NCBI GenBank assembly: GCA_030324005.1
Contig: JARDVH010000084.1
Location: forward strand, 56,367,879-56,431,878
Direction of reading: 5' to 3'
Length of the DNA: 64,000 bases
DNA from: Negaprion brevirostris
Taxonomy: Eukaryota
Position numbers and translations under genes: made by a program
The notes under the pieces: model-generated
Told to the model about the DNA's origin: nothing
Databases searched by the model: none
The model's input: the letters and a program-made list of their open reading frames with translations, nothing else
Shown here: one piece after another, positions 63,056 to 64,000 of the stretch
How positions within the stretch are numbered: position 1 is the stretch's first letter
How the letters are laid out: each line of letters opens with the position of its first letter

Positions 63056-64000
63056 CATTGCTTATTAACTGATGATTGTTCAAAGCATTTATCCATCGAG
63101 TATTGATTTAAAGAAAAGGGAAACATATTTTAATTTATAAATCCTTCAATTCTTTGTTATTGGGGCAGAAAGTTTGTAAGTCACCAATACAAGCATTGTG
63201 CAACAGAGTTCTCCCATCCACTTAAGCAACAGGTTTACTTAGAAATGCCTGAATAAGGAATACTGGCCTTCCATCTCTGGAACTGATTTGAAATGATTTT
63301 GGATGGACTGAATTTTATTGCTCAAAGGCCATGGACCAATAGAACAAAAGTGTTAATTTGACAACCTCAACTAGAAATTTATGTACAATTAGGAGCAGGC
63401 TGGCTAATATTGGAATTGGAAAATGTGTCACGTTCTGTGCCAGGTGTTTATAAATATATGGGTTAAACTTAATTTCAAATTAATTCACAGGATATGTATT
63501 TAAATGTGTTTGTGAAAAAAATATCATATTATACACTAGAGAGCAATGATTGTGGAGCAATGACTGTTTGTGGGGCAAAAGGAGCCTGAGAGTGGAGCCT
63601 AAGATAATGATCCGACCAATCTATACACTGTCTGAATATTGGATTATATCACTAGGAAGGACTTTTACTCGGCTGCATAACCTCTGTTTCTGGAAGAGTT
63701 CCGACTGCTTTCTAGCATCCCCAGGTGTGCAGTTTATATACATAGATTGGTCAGATTGTTATCTCATACATGTTCAGTTCACAGGCTCTTTAGCTCCACA
63801 TTCAAAGGAGTACAAACAGTAGTGAATTCATTGTTCCCCAGTGTAATTGTGATATACCTCTCCTTGAAACAAAGATTAAGGCTTTACTTACAAATATTGC
63901 ATTCTTTTATGAGAGACAGTATAACTGTAGAAACAAAGTATTTTTAGTCTAAACCTATTCCTCACTAATTATTATAATCAAATAATTAGAATTAAATTTA

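Overview
This is eukaryotic, repeat-rich, gap-containing genomic DNA. The repeat complement (HE1-type V-SINEs, Deu-domain and LF-SINE-like SINEs, CR1, L2, Rex1, RTE, and Penelope ends translating as 'MWRCxxWTGV') points to a shark. The only host gene recognised is SSBP3 (SSDP1, LDB1/LIM-complex cofactor) on the minus strand. It has a CpG-island promoter at about 46.6-47.75 kb and four coding exons (47223-47168, 46835-46763, 46524-46463, 39512-39428) that splice in frame through GT-AG junctions into the N-terminal LUFS/LisH domain. Intron 4 runs off the left end of the window (>39 kb). Almost every other ORF in the track is a transposon relic, low-complexity sequence or an N-gap artefact. The most unusual structures are: (1) a ~5.5-kb composite insertion bounded by Penelope ends and an 18-bp direct repeat, which splits a Gypsy protease frame that rejoins when the insert is removed; (2) Penelope minimal hammerhead ribozyme motifs, core-intact only antisense to SSBP3; (3) a ~320-bp unique-looking segment duplicated into the Gypsy relic; (4) overlapping stop-start uORFs upstream of the SSBP3 ATG. 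Repeat boundaries are approximate and family names come from recalled consensus features, not database searches.
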